A DNA stretch of 64,000 bases from a virus (lineage: Duplodnaviria; Caudoviricetes), in IMG/VR virus record IMGVR_UViG_3300034061_004620. The stretch is one strand, 5' to 3'. Within the stretch, counting starts at the first letter, position 1, and each line of letters opens with the position of its first letter. The notes under the pieces are model-generated. The model was given only the letters and a program-made list of their open reading frames with translations, made no database searches and had not been told where the DNA came from. Below are positions 1 to 11,280 of this stretch, piece by piece. The position numbers and the translations under genes are program-made.

Positions 1-730
1 CGTTGTAGTTGATGTTATCTAATATTAAAGGAGCACTATCGGGATATAAGTATCTAAAAATATGTTTTTTTGCATCACTACTTAACTTTGAATTAAAATT
101 CGTTACTTCTTCTTTTACTAAATCTCGTGATAACAACGGGCAAGAAACATGGCCATATGGAAGTAAGTTTTTTTCCTTCAAATGTGATAGTAGATTTAGT
201 CTGTAACTTCTATTATTTGTAATCAAGTGATTTAGGCAAATAAATACTTTATCAAAACTGTAGTGTGAAAAATTGAGATACTTGTAATCTTTAAACCAAC
301 TTAACGCCGCAAATCCGTGGAAGAAAAAATACCAGTCATAGATTTGCCATTTTTTGAGAAATTGTTTTTTATCGTCGCTTATTTCAGAATTGGCAAGAAT
401 CGTTATGTTACAGTCGTTTAAAAAAAATGAGTCTAAATTTTTTTCTAATAGAGTCCGTTGTGCGTTAGATTCTGAGAGCTTAGAATAGGTTATATAATGA
501 TCGCTATATTGTATAGTTTCCATATCAAATTTATTCAATGGTTCTTCGTGCCACCATATACATTTTCCGTTTGATTTACCTAAACTTGCTGAAGAATATG
601 GATTGGTAAAGAGTAGAGCATAATCTAATATTTTTATGGACCACCTTGGATTGAATCCCCAAGACTCGATTAGTAAAGGATTTAAAAATAACTCATGTAT
701 TACATTAATAAATTTTTCAGCGGAGATCAT
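1..730 (-). CDS. Glycosyltransferase-like protein (partial, runs off the left edge)
   Basis: Not in the ORF track. My translation from ATG at 730 is open to base 1: MISAEKFINVIHELFLNP...WWHEEPLN...DWYFFFHGFAALSW...FICLNHLITNNRSYRLNL. Resembles the 11267 and 36926 proteins. Confidence 0.6.
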   Translation of the reverse strand, partial: MISAEKFINVIHELFLNPLLIESWGFNPRWSIKILDYALLFTNPYSSASLGKSNGKCIWWHEEPLNKFDMETIQYSDHYITYSKLSESNAQRTLLEKNLDSFFLNDCNITILANSEISDDKKQFLKKWQIYDWYFFFHGFAALSWFKDYKYLNFSHYSFDKVFICLNHLITNNRSYRLNLLSHLKEKNLLPYGHVSCPLLSRDLVKEEVTNFNSKLSSDAKKHIFRYLYPDSAPLILDNINYN

Positions 731-735
731 AAATT

Positions 736-1962
736 ATGAAAGTAGGTTTTATTGGTTTAGGTAAATTAGGATTGCTTTGTGCAGAAACTATAGCATTAAA
801 TTTTGATGTGACTGGCTATGATATTTACCCAAAACAAAGTGATAAAATAAAAATTTCTGATAATCTTAGAGGGGCAGTTGTAGATAAGGACATTATATTT
901 GTTGCGGTACAAACTCCGCACGATCCAGATTATGACGGATCCAAGCCCATAACGCATTTACCCAATAAAGATTTTGATTATACTATTGTTAAAAATGTTC
1001 TGAAAGAAATTGATGTTTGGGCACAACCTGACCAATTGGTTGTTCTTATTTCTACGGTGTTACCAGGTACAGTTCGTCGAGAATTGAGAGATTGTATTAC
1101 TATACCTCGTTTTATTTATAATCCGTACCTAATTGCAATGGGATCTGTAGAGTGGGATATGGTCAATCCTGAAATGGTAATTATTGGTACCGAGGATGGC
1201 AGTGAAACTGGTGATGCTAAACAACTTATAGATTTTTATCGTCCCCTTATGCAAAACGATCCACGCTATGTAGTAGGCACATGGGACGAAGCAGAAAGTA
1301 TAAAAATATTTTATAATACATTTATCAGTACCAAAGTTGGATTAGTTAATATGATTCAAGACGTTGCAATGGCAAATGGTAATATCAATGTTGATGTTGT
1401 AACTGATGCACTTGCCAGTAGCACTATAAGAATTATTAGTAAAAAATATATGACAGCTGGTATGGGTGATGCTGGCCCTTGTCATCCGAGAGATAATATA
1501 GCATTACGTTGGTTAGCCGAAAAGCTTAATCTTGGATATGATATCTTTGATACTGTAATGCATGCCAGAGAACAACAAGCACGTAACATTGCAAAGTATT
1601 TAGGCAAAATACAAAGAAAGTACAATTTGCCAATTTTTATTATGGGTAAGGCATATAAACCTGATGTTGATTTTGTTGATGGCAGTTACAGTTTACTAAT
1701 TGGGCATTATCTCGAGTCTTCACAAGTCAAGTTTTATTATGTGGATCCTCTTACTGGTGATGATCCACCTTTTAGTGGAATACCGGTAATTGCATTTCTC
1801 GCACACAATAGAAATATCACATACGGATATACAGGTGAGCAATCAGAACAAGAATTATATGTAGATCTTGAACCTGGAAGTATCATAATTGATCCCTGGA
1901 GACAGTACAAAACAAATAAGGACTATCAAGTAATATACTATGGTAACACACGTATCGTTTAA
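736..1962 (+). CDS. ugd: UDP-glucose/GDP-mannose 6-dehydrogenase family
   Basis: N-terminal GLGKLG Rossmann motif, VAVQTP, ISTVLPGT, ESIKIFYN, catalytic-Cys motif GDAGPCHPRD, GKAYKPDVD. Confidence 0.9.
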   Translation: MKVGFIGLGKLGLLCAETIALNFDVTGYDIYPKQSDKIKISDNLRGAVVDKDIIFVAVQTPHDPDYDGSKPITHLPNKDFDYTIVKNVLKEIDVWAQPDQLVVLISTVLPGTVRRELRDCITIPRFIYNPYLIAMGSVEWDMVNPEMVIIGTEDGSETGDAKQLIDFYRPLMQNDPRYVVGTWDEAESIKIFYNTFISTKVGLVNMIQDVAMANGNINVDVVTDALASSTIRIISKKYMTAGMGDAGPCHPRDNIALRWLAEKLNLGYDIFDTVMHAREQQARNIAKYLGKIQRKYNLPIFIMGKAYKPDVDFVDGSYSLLIGHYLESSQVKFYYVDPLTGDDPPFSGIPVIAFLAHNRNITYGYTGEQSEQELYVDLEPGSIIIDPWRQYKTNKDYQVIYYGNTRIV

Positions 1963-2455
1963 TATTGCTAAATTTTGGGATGATGAATTCAAGCATCTTG
2001 ATTACGTAAAAGAAAATTTCAATGATCCTGCCGCTCTAATAGAATGGGAAGATTCGGGATTTCGTGGACCGTTTGGTGGAATGATGTGTGACATGCGTAA
2101 TACGCAGCCAACATGGAATCAGAAAATTATTGATTTTTTTACCACTTATGAAAAATGGAAAAACATTGGAACATCATATTATATGATGACTCCGGGAAGT
2201 AGTTTACCTCGTCATGTTGACACCTATAAAAAATATATTGAATTGTACAATTTGCAGGGCAAAGAACATCTCATACGTAGAGCAATAGTTTTTTTAGAGG
2301 ATCGCAAACCTGGACACTTTGCTGAATGTGAGGATATTGGCTATGCCAATTGGTCAGCAGGATTTACTTTGGTGTGGAACTGGAACAGCCCGCACGGAGC
2401 TTACAATATGGGTTTTGATCCAAGATACACGTTACAGATTACAGGGCATCTATGA
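1940..2455 (+). CDS. Putative 2OG-Fe(II)/cupin-fold oxygenase
   Basis: HxD (LPRHVD) plus a distal His (SPHGAYN) and RYTLQITG, typical of double-stranded beta-helix dioxygenases. Confidence 0.6.
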   Translation: MVTHVSFNIAKFWDDEFKHLDYVKENFNDPAALIEWEDSGFRGPFGGMMCDMRNTQPTWNQKIIDFFTTYEKWKNIGTSYYMMTPGSSLPRHVDTYKKYIELYNLQGKEHLIRRAIVFLEDRKPGHFAECEDIGYANWSAGFTLVWNWNSPHGAYNMGFDPRYTLQITGHL

Positions 2456-3378
2456 TATATTCAGTTAATGAATGGGATCCAATCAAGGAAATTGTAGTTG
2501 GCAGAGCAGACTATGCCAATTGGCCCGGCAATGATCCGGTATTTTCTAAAGAGTCGAATAAGACCACTTGGAAGGCAACTCCTGTACCAAATGGTCCTGT
2601 ACCGGACTGGATCATTGACGAAGCCAACCAAGATCTTGACATATTAGCGAACACACTCGAACAGTATGGTGCAGTAGTTCACAGACCAAAGGCAATTAAC
2701 TATCAAGCACGCAGTGGCATGTATGGATACTGTCCACGAGATAGACTGTTTATTTACGGTAGCACTATAGTTGATCCTGCAATGATGTATCCCTGCAGAG
2801 ACATGGAAATAGAAGCATTAGACGATGTGGTTTACAAGGCAGATACAGTATATCGAATGCCGCGCAATGATAGATATGTAATGGATGCAGCAAATGCATT
2901 GAGACTAAATGATAAAATTTTATACTTAGAAAGTGTAAGTGGCAATTACCAAGCAGCACATTGGTTGATGAGAAAGTTTCCTGAAGTAAAATTTGAAATT
3001 TGTAATTTTTATTCTGGAGTACACATTGACAGTACAATCGTGCCACTACGCGAAGGTTTAGTATTAGTAAACGCCAGTAGAGTAAATGCTGAAGATAATT
3101 TACCCAACATATTTAATTCGTGGGATGTTATATGGGCAACGGAGGACGACATTGTCGAACAGGATTTTTATCAATATCCTTATGCCAGCAAATGGATAGC
3201 CTTGAATATGTTGGTAGTTGATCCAAACACAGTCATAGTAGACAAACACCAGGCCAAATTGATAAAAATATTAGAAAAACGTAAATTTACTGTTATTCCG
3301 TTAGAACTGCGTCATAGTAGGACGTTAGGCGGTGGGTTTCACTGTGTTACCTTGGATCTAATAAGACAAACTCAATAA
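2452..3378 (+). CDS. Amidinotransferase (glycine / inosamine-phosphate amidinotransferase, pentein family)
   Basis: SVNEWDPIKEIVVG, YCPRD, HIDST and GGGFHCVTLD give the complete Asp-His-Cys catalytic triad. Confidence 0.9.
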   Translation: MIYSVNEWDPIKEIVVGRADYANWPGNDPVFSKESNKTTWKATPVPNGPVPDWIIDEANQDLDILANTLEQYGAVVHRPKAINYQARSGMYGYCPRDRLFIYGSTIVDPAMMYPCRDMEIEALDDVVYKADTVYRMPRNDRYVMDAANALRLNDKILYLESVSGNYQAAHWLMRKFPEVKFEICNFYSGVHIDSTIVPLREGLVLVNASRVNAEDNLPNIFNSWDVIWATEDDIVEQDFYQYPYASKWIALNMLVVDPNTVIVDKHQAKLIKILEKRKFTVIPLELRHSRTLGGGFHCVTLDLIRQTQ

Positions 3379-3405
3379 ATAACTACATAATAATAAAAGG
3401 TTATC

Positions 3406-4146
3406 ATGAGTTTTGAAAGTTATACGGATTGTGTATTCCGGGCGTTTGACCTGCACCAAAAACAATTAGACATAATAAAACGTAAAAAAGAAATTTTGGA
3501 CGAAGTGTCAAGGTTTCATAATTTCGCGCCAACAAGCATATTATTTGTAGGATTCAGCCCTGCTATCTTGGCGGCAACATCCAAAGATATATTTGTTACA
3601 AGGATAAGCAAAGAATCACGGAATTTACTTGATTCTTATAATGTCAAGTATTTGTATATTTCAGATGATAACTTACTCGCTTACCATAAAAAGTTTGATG
3701 TAGTTGTTGCGCTTGATGAATATTTTACCTATGCAGAATCTGACAATCAACAACGTGACATGGTGTCGGAAATTTGTAACCTGGCCAAGGAATATGTGAT
3801 AACTACTTGTAAGGATTATAAAAATCAAGAATTCAAAGATAGAGAATTTTCGGTACCTGCCTTGGTCCGAGGAAATAAAAATAATAACATATATTTAGAA
3901 TTTCATGACTACGACTTGCAGGATCGAAATAACTGGATCTCAATGATTTATGAAATAAAAAATGATGTGTTAAACAAAGTAGGGCCTTTTTTGAGGCGCA
4001 CCATGTACTTCAAGCAATTGGCCAAATTTTCACATGACGCAGGAGCAGTTGGATTTAGTGTACACAAAAACTCAATGTATAAAAGTTTAATCAAAAAAAA
4101 TTACGAACATGTAATTAGTATTCGATTTGATAATAATGGATCTTAA
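3406..4146 (+). CDS. Hypothetical protein, possible degenerate SAM-methyltransferase fold
   Basis: ILFVGFSP and KFDVVVALDEYFTY resemble class I MTase strands, but there is no clear glycine loop. Confidence 0.35.
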   Translation: MSFESYTDCVFRAFDLHQKQLDIIKRKKEILDEVSRFHNFAPTSILFVGFSPAILAATSKDIFVTRISKESRNLLDSYNVKYLYISDDNLLAYHKKFDVVVALDEYFTYAESDNQQRDMVSEICNLAKEYVITTCKDYKNQEFKDREFSVPALVRGNKNNNIYLEFHDYDLQDRNNWISMIYEIKNDVLNKVGPFLRRTMYFKQLAKFSHDAGAVGFSVHKNSMYKSLIKKNYEHVISIRFDNNGS

Positions 4147-5395
4147 CGAACATATAGGAAAAATTGTAGAAGGTTTACTTGATGAAATATCAGCAAACGT
4201 ACTTGTAAGAGTGGATTCGCTGATATCTGCAACTATTTCTGACAGACTACAACATTATAACTACGAAGCACATATTCAGGCAGCAGCCACAGAGGCTCTT
4301 GACCGCAAAGCATCGGAATATACCATTGATTCCAAACGATTAGAAAAACGTATAGCAGACCGTATAGAGTTGGTGCTGCAAGATACTCAATCAACTACGA
4401 CCGACTTAATTAACACTCAAATTGCTCAAAAAGTAGCCGCTGTAAATTTTAATCAAATGTTTGTTGATGCCATGAGTGGTCTTATTGCAGATAGATTACA
4501 AGAGTTTACATTTCCAGAACAAAGTATTAATGCCACCGCTATTCAATTTGATAATTTTACTCTCTCTGGTGATAACATACGCGGCGGTTTGATTGAAGAT
4601 TTTAGCAGCACTGGTATAGATGATCGAGCAACAGGAGTTGCTATTACTGTGCTCGACAATGCCACAGTTATAGAAAACAACTTGTATACTAAGGATTTAA
4701 CCGTAGAGGGCACAGCAGTCATCAGCGGTAATCTCAGTATTACTGGAACTATGGATAAAGAAACAAACTTTTTCCAAGACTTAGTACGAAGCACTGCTTC
4801 GTCCACGCTATCTACTATCAATTCCAACTTATTCGATAACTACAGTTCGCTGATATTTAACAAAATCAAAAACGAAGGTATCAATCTCAGTAAGATCCTA
4901 TTAAATGATAGTGAAGTTATCACTGACAATGAGTTAGGCCCAACCATAATAAACAGTAACTTGCAACGACTGGGCTTGATAAAAGAACTACAGGTGAGTG
5001 GTGAAACACTACTGGCCGAAACACTGTATGTAACGCCAAAAAGAGTCGGCATCAACACTATTGAACCAAGTGGTGCACTTTCTATATGGGACCAAGAAGT
5101 TGAAATAGTGGCTGCAAAAAAAGCAGCTGATACTGCCAGTTTTGGTACACCAAGACAACAAAGAATGGTGTTGACATCAAATAACAAAGAAAATATAGTG
5201 TTAGAACCAAATGGATCTACTGTTATAAACGACCTACGTATAGGCACAATGAGATTTACTACAGCATCACAACCTCCAAATTATGTGAGCGAGCCAGGAC
5301 ATGTGGTATGGAATACCAATCCCAGTTTGGGCGGACCCATGGGGTGGATTTGTTTGGGTGCAGCCAATTGGGCCAACTTTGGCATCATAGATTAA
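4127..5395 (+). CDS. Virion structural / tail-spike-like protein
   Basis: Helical N-terminus, RVGINTIEPSGAL fibre motif, C-terminal GGPMGWICLGAANWANFG of the type seen at tail-spike ends. Confidence 0.55.
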   Translation: MIIMDLNEHIGKIVEGLLDEISANVLVRVDSLISATISDRLQHYNYEAHIQAAATEALDRKASEYTIDSKRLEKRIADRIELVLQDTQSTTTDLINTQIAQKVAAVNFNQMFVDAMSGLIADRLQEFTFPEQSINATAIQFDNFTLSGDNIRGGLIEDFSSTGIDDRATGVAITVLDNATVIENNLYTKDLTVEGTAVISGNLSITGTMDKETNFFQDLVRSTASSTLSTINSNLFDNYSSLIFNKIKNEGINLSKILLNDSEVITDNELGPTIINSNLQRLGLIKELQVSGETLLAETLYVTPKRVGINTIEPSGALSIWDQEVEIVAAKKAADTASFGTPRQQRMVLTSNNKENIVLEPNGSTVINDLRIGTMRFTTASQPPNYVSEPGHVVWNTNPSLGGPMGWICLGAANWANFGIID

Positions 5396-6705
5396 TGTTC
5401 GAAAAAACTTTCTGTTCAAGCCCGTGGTTTCACGTTAGGTTAAGCTACGATGGCGGATTTGAATCTTGCCGATGGGCCAAGAATCCACAAAGACTCTACA
5501 ATTTTAAAAACACAACTATTATGCAGTATTATAATAGCGACCAAATGCAACAGTTACGACAACAGTTACTTGATGGTGAAAAACCTTTGCATTGTGACAC
5601 CTGTTATTACGAAGAATCTTTTGGCAAATTAAATGGTAGAATTAGGCAGTTGAACAAGAGTGCTGTAGATGTCAATAACTTTGATTTAACTTTACGTAGT
5701 AGTCCGCATTACAATAATTTTAAATACAGTTTAGATAATAATGGCCTGGCTAATTTAGAACCAGTAGACTTACAAATTGAACTGGGGAACAAATGTAATA
5801 GCGCATGTATCATGTGTAATCCGGAGGCCAGCAGTCGTCTTGAACCGGATTACAAAAAACTTCATAAAATTAATGCGGAGCTTTTTGCACAGCCAGCCAC
5901 TTATACTTCATGGACACGAGACCACAACAACGTCAAACGTTTTGTTGAACAAATATCAAGTATTAAAAATCTACGTTATGTACATTTTTTAGGTGGCGAA
6001 ACACTGTACGAAGAAGCGTTTTACACCATATGTGATAGACTAATAGAATCAGGGAAATCAAAAAATATCATTATAGGAACAACCACCAATGGTACAATTT
6101 ACAATGACAATATCAAAAAATACGTACAGAATTTTAAACAATTTCATCTTGGGATAAGCATAGAATCAGTAACTGATCTGAACGACTACATAAGATGGCC
6201 AGGAAAAATTGATAGTATATTGCCAAACATAGATAAATTTTTACAACTTCGTGACAGTAATCCTGAACTGTTTATTTCTTTACGTATCACTCCAAACGTG
6301 TTTACTATTTCGGAGATTGATAAATTGTTTACTTACATGATAGAAAATAAAGTAATAGCAGAAAGCTGTAATATTTTGCATAAACCAGATTGCTTGCGTA
6401 TTGAATTAATTCCGGATGATATAAGGAAAGAAATAGTAACCAAAATTCAAGGCTTAATTGATTATTATGAATTGGATAAACAGGATTTGGTGAATATACG
6501 TAGAAGTGATACAATCAATCAAGTAATTGCAAACGTCGTTCTTGATTATTATCATTTTTTATGCAATTACGAAACTCCTATTGATGTAGAGCAGTCAAGA
6601 TATCAGCTGATTGATTTTGTTAAAGCATTTGAATCAATTAGGAATAATTCAATTTTAAATCATGTACCAAGATATGAAAAATTTCTTAGACTTTATGGCT
6701 ATTGA
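5395..6705 (+). CDS. Radical SAM protein with N-terminal SPASM/Twitch-like Cys cluster
   Basis: CNSACIMC (CxxxCxxC), FLGGETL, TTNGT; N-terminal FCSSPW...C...CDTC. Start placed at ATG 5395, overlapping the upstream stop. Confidence 0.85.
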   Translation: MFEKTFCSSPWFHVRLSYDGGFESCRWAKNPQRLYNFKNTTIMQYYNSDQMQQLRQQLLDGEKPLHCDTCYYEESFGKLNGRIRQLNKSAVDVNNFDLTLRSSPHYNNFKYSLDNNGLANLEPVDLQIELGNKCNSACIMCNPEASSRLEPDYKKLHKINAELFAQPATYTSWTRDHNNVKRFVEQISSIKNLRYVHFLGGETLYEEAFYTICDRLIESGKSKNIIIGTTTNGTIYNDNIKKYVQNFKQFHLGISIESVTDLNDYIRWPGKIDSILPNIDKFLQLRDSNPELFISLRITPNVFTISEIDKLFTYMIENKVIAESCNILHKPDCLRIELIPDDIRKEIVTKIQGLIDYYELDKQDLVNIRRSDTINQVIANVVLDYYHFLCNYETPIDVEQSRYQLIDFVKAFESIRNNSILNHVPRYEKFLRLYGY

Positions 6706-9700
6706 TCTTAAAGATCAAATTGAAGTTAAAATTAAATTGATAGAGCATCATAATCCAGTCTATACATTTACAGTCAACGATTTGCCAGTAACAGATGTAC
6801 TAAGAATTGGATTGCTTGATGATTTGCATTTTAGTTGTAATATAAGCAAAGGAGCTGTTGAAATTAGTAACATAACGGTAAATGGAAATCAAGTTATGCC
6901 CGTTTATCAACATTTATCGCACCCGCCTACCAATTGGATTACCCAAAATTGGTGCCTAACTATTCCCGGGCCATTTTACCCTTGGTATCACCAAATAACC
7001 GGTCAAGGTTGGACGGCTTGACCTAATCAAAATATACTGCTATAATGCAGTATGACTACCTTAATAATTGAAAAGGAACAGTGGAAGTTGGTACGTGACC
7101 GCATTGAAAATGATCACGGCCAAAATTTCTTTTTGATTTCTTGGCGGGTTAAAAGAGAATTGGGGTTCACTGTTAGAACTTACTTTTTTTATGATAAAAA
7201 CAAAGAACGTACTTCTGACATAAGACTGGATTTTGATGATCCGGCTCGTGCAACTTATTTTCAGTTAAAATATCTATGACTACTAATGCATATCTTGTTT
7301 ATTGGTGTGAGGAAGGTCTGGAAAGTGTGGTTCCTATCACGGAATACGAACAGTGGGATAGAGATAACACTTTTAAAGTGTTAAATAATCAAGAGACGGC
7401 ACGTAATCCACTTAATCAGCTGATACAAAACATGTTGCTTAGAGCTCGTGTTAATGGTCAGAGACACTATGAACTTTATGCCATTGATTGCCAAGACGCG
7501 ATTAGTAAAGAAGATATAGCACAAATGTTTGAGGATGATCCACAAGCAGCAGCAGATTTGTTTAGATCACGCGGCCATCGACTGTACAGCGACCGTGCAG
7601 AAAAGAATCGTGTTCGAATCACATGAACATACAAGAGATCGTTATACAAAAAGCAGCAAAAGAAATACAACTGGCGATTGATTTAGAAGTATTTCAATCG
7701 TTTTTTAATAATAAATCCATGAAGATAGTTTGGGAAAGAGATACAGCATATCCGTTAATAGTAGTTGCCAGAATTGCCTACGATCACGGACCCATTACTC
7801 AAACTGGATTAAGGGAACATGACCTTGAACCGATTCAACTATGGTGCATGCACAATAGATGTGGTAGGAGAACAAGTTTTGATACATTTAAATTTCGCAA
7901 CGAAGCAGAGTTGTCATTGTTTTTGCTGAAGTGGGGATAGTATGCAATTTGCTTTTAGAGATGCACCTGAGTGGTTTTATGCTCATATAATAAAATGTTA
8001 TATCGACGAACTTCACAGTATTCAGATGGCAGGTAAAAAAAATTCAGAATACAACGACGAACAATTTAAGCGGATAGCAGTAGAATTTTTTACCAACAAA
8101 GGGTTCACTGTTTGGCTGAATCAAGCAGGACAATTATGGTTTGATGTAGATCCAAATAGTACCAAATGGACTTTTGAAATTTTAAGGACATGACATGTTA
8201 GATTTGATGCCTTGGATACTTGTAGTACAATTGTGGACAGATCCACCGCCCAAAATGAAATTTGTTTACAGTAAAGTCTACCCAAATTACGCCGAATGCA
8301 TGGATGCAAGAAAAGAATGGGACAACAAAGGATTTGTTGCTATCTGTTCAGTCAAACCCGTTAAAGAAAACGATAAAAAACCGTGAGTGTGGTGTTTCCA
8401 GCAGAAAAAGGTAGATTTATTCATACTGGCCCTTTCGATGAGGACATGCCTTATCACTACATTATCATATGCGATTATCGTTGGTGGGCCAACAATGAAA
8501 CAGAGATATATACTTGGATGGATCAGTGTTTGCCCAAAGGAAGAAAACATCAACAGGGCATGGTTGTAGTAATAGAAAACGAATCTGATGCAAGTAACTT
8601 TTTATTAAAATGGCAACTGTAATTCTATACGATGTTGAAGAAATACCAATAACAGAATGGGCAAGAAATCACTGTCTCAGTTTTGTCGGATGGATGATTT
8701 ATGAAAACGAAGCCACTATAGGTTGGATAGATGATGACCCAGACTGGTGGGCAAGATACGAATTTGAATTTACTAATGAACAAGAAGCTCTAATATTTCA
8801 AATGCGCTGGCAAGGACAATCTCATGCAACATAATTTAGAACGTGACATGAAAGATGCTCGATGGTTCGTAGATAAAGTGCGAGCAAGTGAAAGTTATTC
8901 TCAAAATTTATACGCTGCACTTTGTAATAATGCTTTTCAAAAATTAGAACTCATGCCCGTGCTCAAGGATGAAGTATGGTCATGTACTTGGCGCTACGCT
9001 GGAGGTATAGTAGCAGATATTCGCTGCGAAGGTGATTACATGGACTGGTATTGTTCGGGCATTCATGACACCGGTCTTTACAACGAAGATGGTTTAACTA
9101 TGGAACTGTCAGAAGAACAATTGGCACAGATGACCATGACAGCAAAGTATGTTCCTGAAAGCATAATTACCCAAGAAATACGTGAAGATTTTAAACAACT
9201 TGGATGGGTTGTGGTGGAAGATTATTATGACGACGACGGTATCTAAACACTTACAAGATGTCCCGCCACTGGAGAATCATCCATACGAGTGGGCATGGAA
9301 TCTGCATCCAACAGACAAAATGAGCATAGTGATTTATCATTGGAGTAAACCGGTTATGCGTTTTTCATTGTGTGAAGCAATTGAATCCAGCAGTCGAAAT
9401 GAAGTATTAAAACACATTGTTGAATGCGACAATACACCTTGGCTTAAATCTTGGCAAGAAGAAAAACATACATGCCTAATCAATTTACTCGCAGCAGATT
9501 ACAATGCAAACCTATAACAAACTACACTGGCCATATCAATACCGTATGCTGCCTGAACCAGATGCTTGGGAACAAGCCTGTAGATTAGAAGCCTATTGTA
9601 TAGATAACTTTGATAGAGGTGCATGGCGGAACAATGGTCTATATTTTGCATTTAAAAACCAAGCAGATGCTACTATATTTTTACTAAGATGGGGTGGTTA

Positions 9701-10267
9701 AGTGCCGAGCGAAATAAGAATACCATATCCTAAATTAGAAAAAAACCTAAACGAAATCGAAGAGTGGTTGAGGACCAATGCTGGCACAGGATCGGTAAGA
9801 TATGGTGGACGCGAAGGAGAAATTCGTCATTGGTTAAATGGTGACGATTGGTTGTATTATGTGCAATATACATTAGGGGATCAGGCCTCGTTGGAGGATT
9901 CGACTACGGTTTACATTTTCAAAAATGAAAAGGTTGCAACCGAATTTGCACTAAGATTCGTGTAATTGACTTTATATTGGATTGCTGTTAAAATATACTT
10001 TTTACCTAACTTACTTCTATGCACACTGACGCTCTCGGCAAAGATATTGTGGTTGATGATTATGTGGCTTTCCCGCAGGCCAACCGGCTCATGATAGGTA
10101 AAGTTGCTCGATTGAGTAACAAAATGATTATTATAGAAGCAGTGGTCAAGAAAAGAATCAATCGGCGCACGGGCGAATTTGTTGAAACCTATCGCAAATA
10201 TCCCAAGGATAGCGTTATAGTAGATCGAGATGCTGGGCTTACAATGTACGTTATAAGGAACTCATGA
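6695..10267 (+). other. Run of about 13 short, tightly packed early-type hypothetical phage ORFs
   Basis: Overlapping or abutting start/stop codons at 6695, 7052, 7276, 7623, 7942, 8195, 8383, 8610, 8824, ~9227, 9504, 9702 and 10019. Several share a C-terminal FxL(K/R)W motif. Confidence 0.75.
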
Positions 10268-11280
10268 TTAAACGAATTGGCTTTGCTTGTAAATGGCTGA
10301 ATGATCCGAGCGAATGTGGCGGCATGAAAGTGAATGCTGTGGATAGGGATCTCAATGGCCGATCGACTACTATGCGTTGGTTGCGAGAGCATCCTGGTGA
10401 GGCTGAACAGCGTCAGTGGGACATAATGAATCACAACGCTGCTGCGGCAGTAAAGATGGTTGAGCGTGTGGCTACCTTGCCTGCTGAGCGTAGAATGGTA
10501 CGTTTAGGTAGCGAAATGTTGCAAGGCTACACTGAACCCAATTGGATTGAATGGTGGCAACAAGCAGATGTACAACGCCATTTAGAAAAGATCTTTGCAC
10601 CTATTGGTGAAACTGCACGCCGCCTGGATGTACGGCTAAGTTTTCATCCCGGGCAATTTTGTGTGTTGGCCAGTGAGAATGACAACATCGTAAATAGAAG
10701 TATAGAGGAGTTTGAATATCATGCAGATATGGCAAGATGGATGGGCTACGGCGCTTCGTTTCAGGACTTTAAAATCAATGTCCACATCTCGGGTAAACGC
10801 GGTCCAGCCGGTATCCGCAGTGCGCTCCAGCGCCTCAGCCCCGAAGCAAGAAATTGCATCACGATCGAAAACGACGAAATGTCATGGGGACTTGAAGCCA
10901 GTCTTGAATTGGCGAATGACGTCGCTTTGGTATTAGATCTACATCATCATTGGATTGCCACAGGAGAATACATTGAGCATAGAGATGATCGTATCAAGAG
11001 GGTCATTGATAGTTGGCGCGGTGTGCGCCCTGTCGTTCATTATAGCATTAGTCGTGAAGATGTTCTTGTGGGTTATGACCCTACCTGCCGTCCGCAACTT
11101 GATACACTTTTAGCACAGGGTTACAAAAAACAAAAACTGCGAGCGCACAGTGACTTTGCGTGGAATCAAGCGTGTAACGAGTGGGCATTAGAACACAATG
11201 AGTGGGCTGATATCATGGTCGAAGCCAAAGGAAAGAATTTGGCCAGCCAACAATTATACGAACAATCTAAACTTCTCTGA
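10264..11280 (+). CDS. uvsE: UV DNA damage endonuclease (UvsE/UvdE)
   Basis: RIGFACK, RLSFHPGQF, INVHISG, ITIENDE, LVLDLHHHW, LRAHSD, DIMVEAKGK. Confidence 0.93.
   Translation: MIKRIGFACKWLNDPSECGGMKVNAVDRDLNGRSTTMRWLREHPGEAEQRQWDIMNHNAAAAVKMVERVATLPAERRMVRLGSEMLQGYTEPNWIEWWQQADVQRHLEKIFAPIGETARRLDVRLSFHPGQFCVLASENDNIVNRSIEEFEYHADMARWMGYGASFQDFKINVHISGKRGPAGIRSALQRLSPEARNCITIENDEMSWGLEASLELANDVALVLDLHHHWIATGEYIEHRDDRIKRVIDSWRGVRPVVHYSISREDVLVGYDPTCRPQLDTLLAQGYKKQKLRAHSDFAWNQACNEWALEHNEWADIMVEAKGKNLASQQLYEQSKLL

Noticed and set aside
2452-3378. 7-deazaguanine (archaeosine) DNA-modification pathway
   Set aside because: The enzyme is pentein-family, not ArcS/QueF-L/GAT-QueC, and no folE, queD, queE, queC or dpdA is visible in the window.
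5308-5394. N-terminal extension of the radical SAM ORF
   Set aside because: It overlaps the end of the upstream gene; ATG 5395, coupled to the upstream TAA, gives a typical start.
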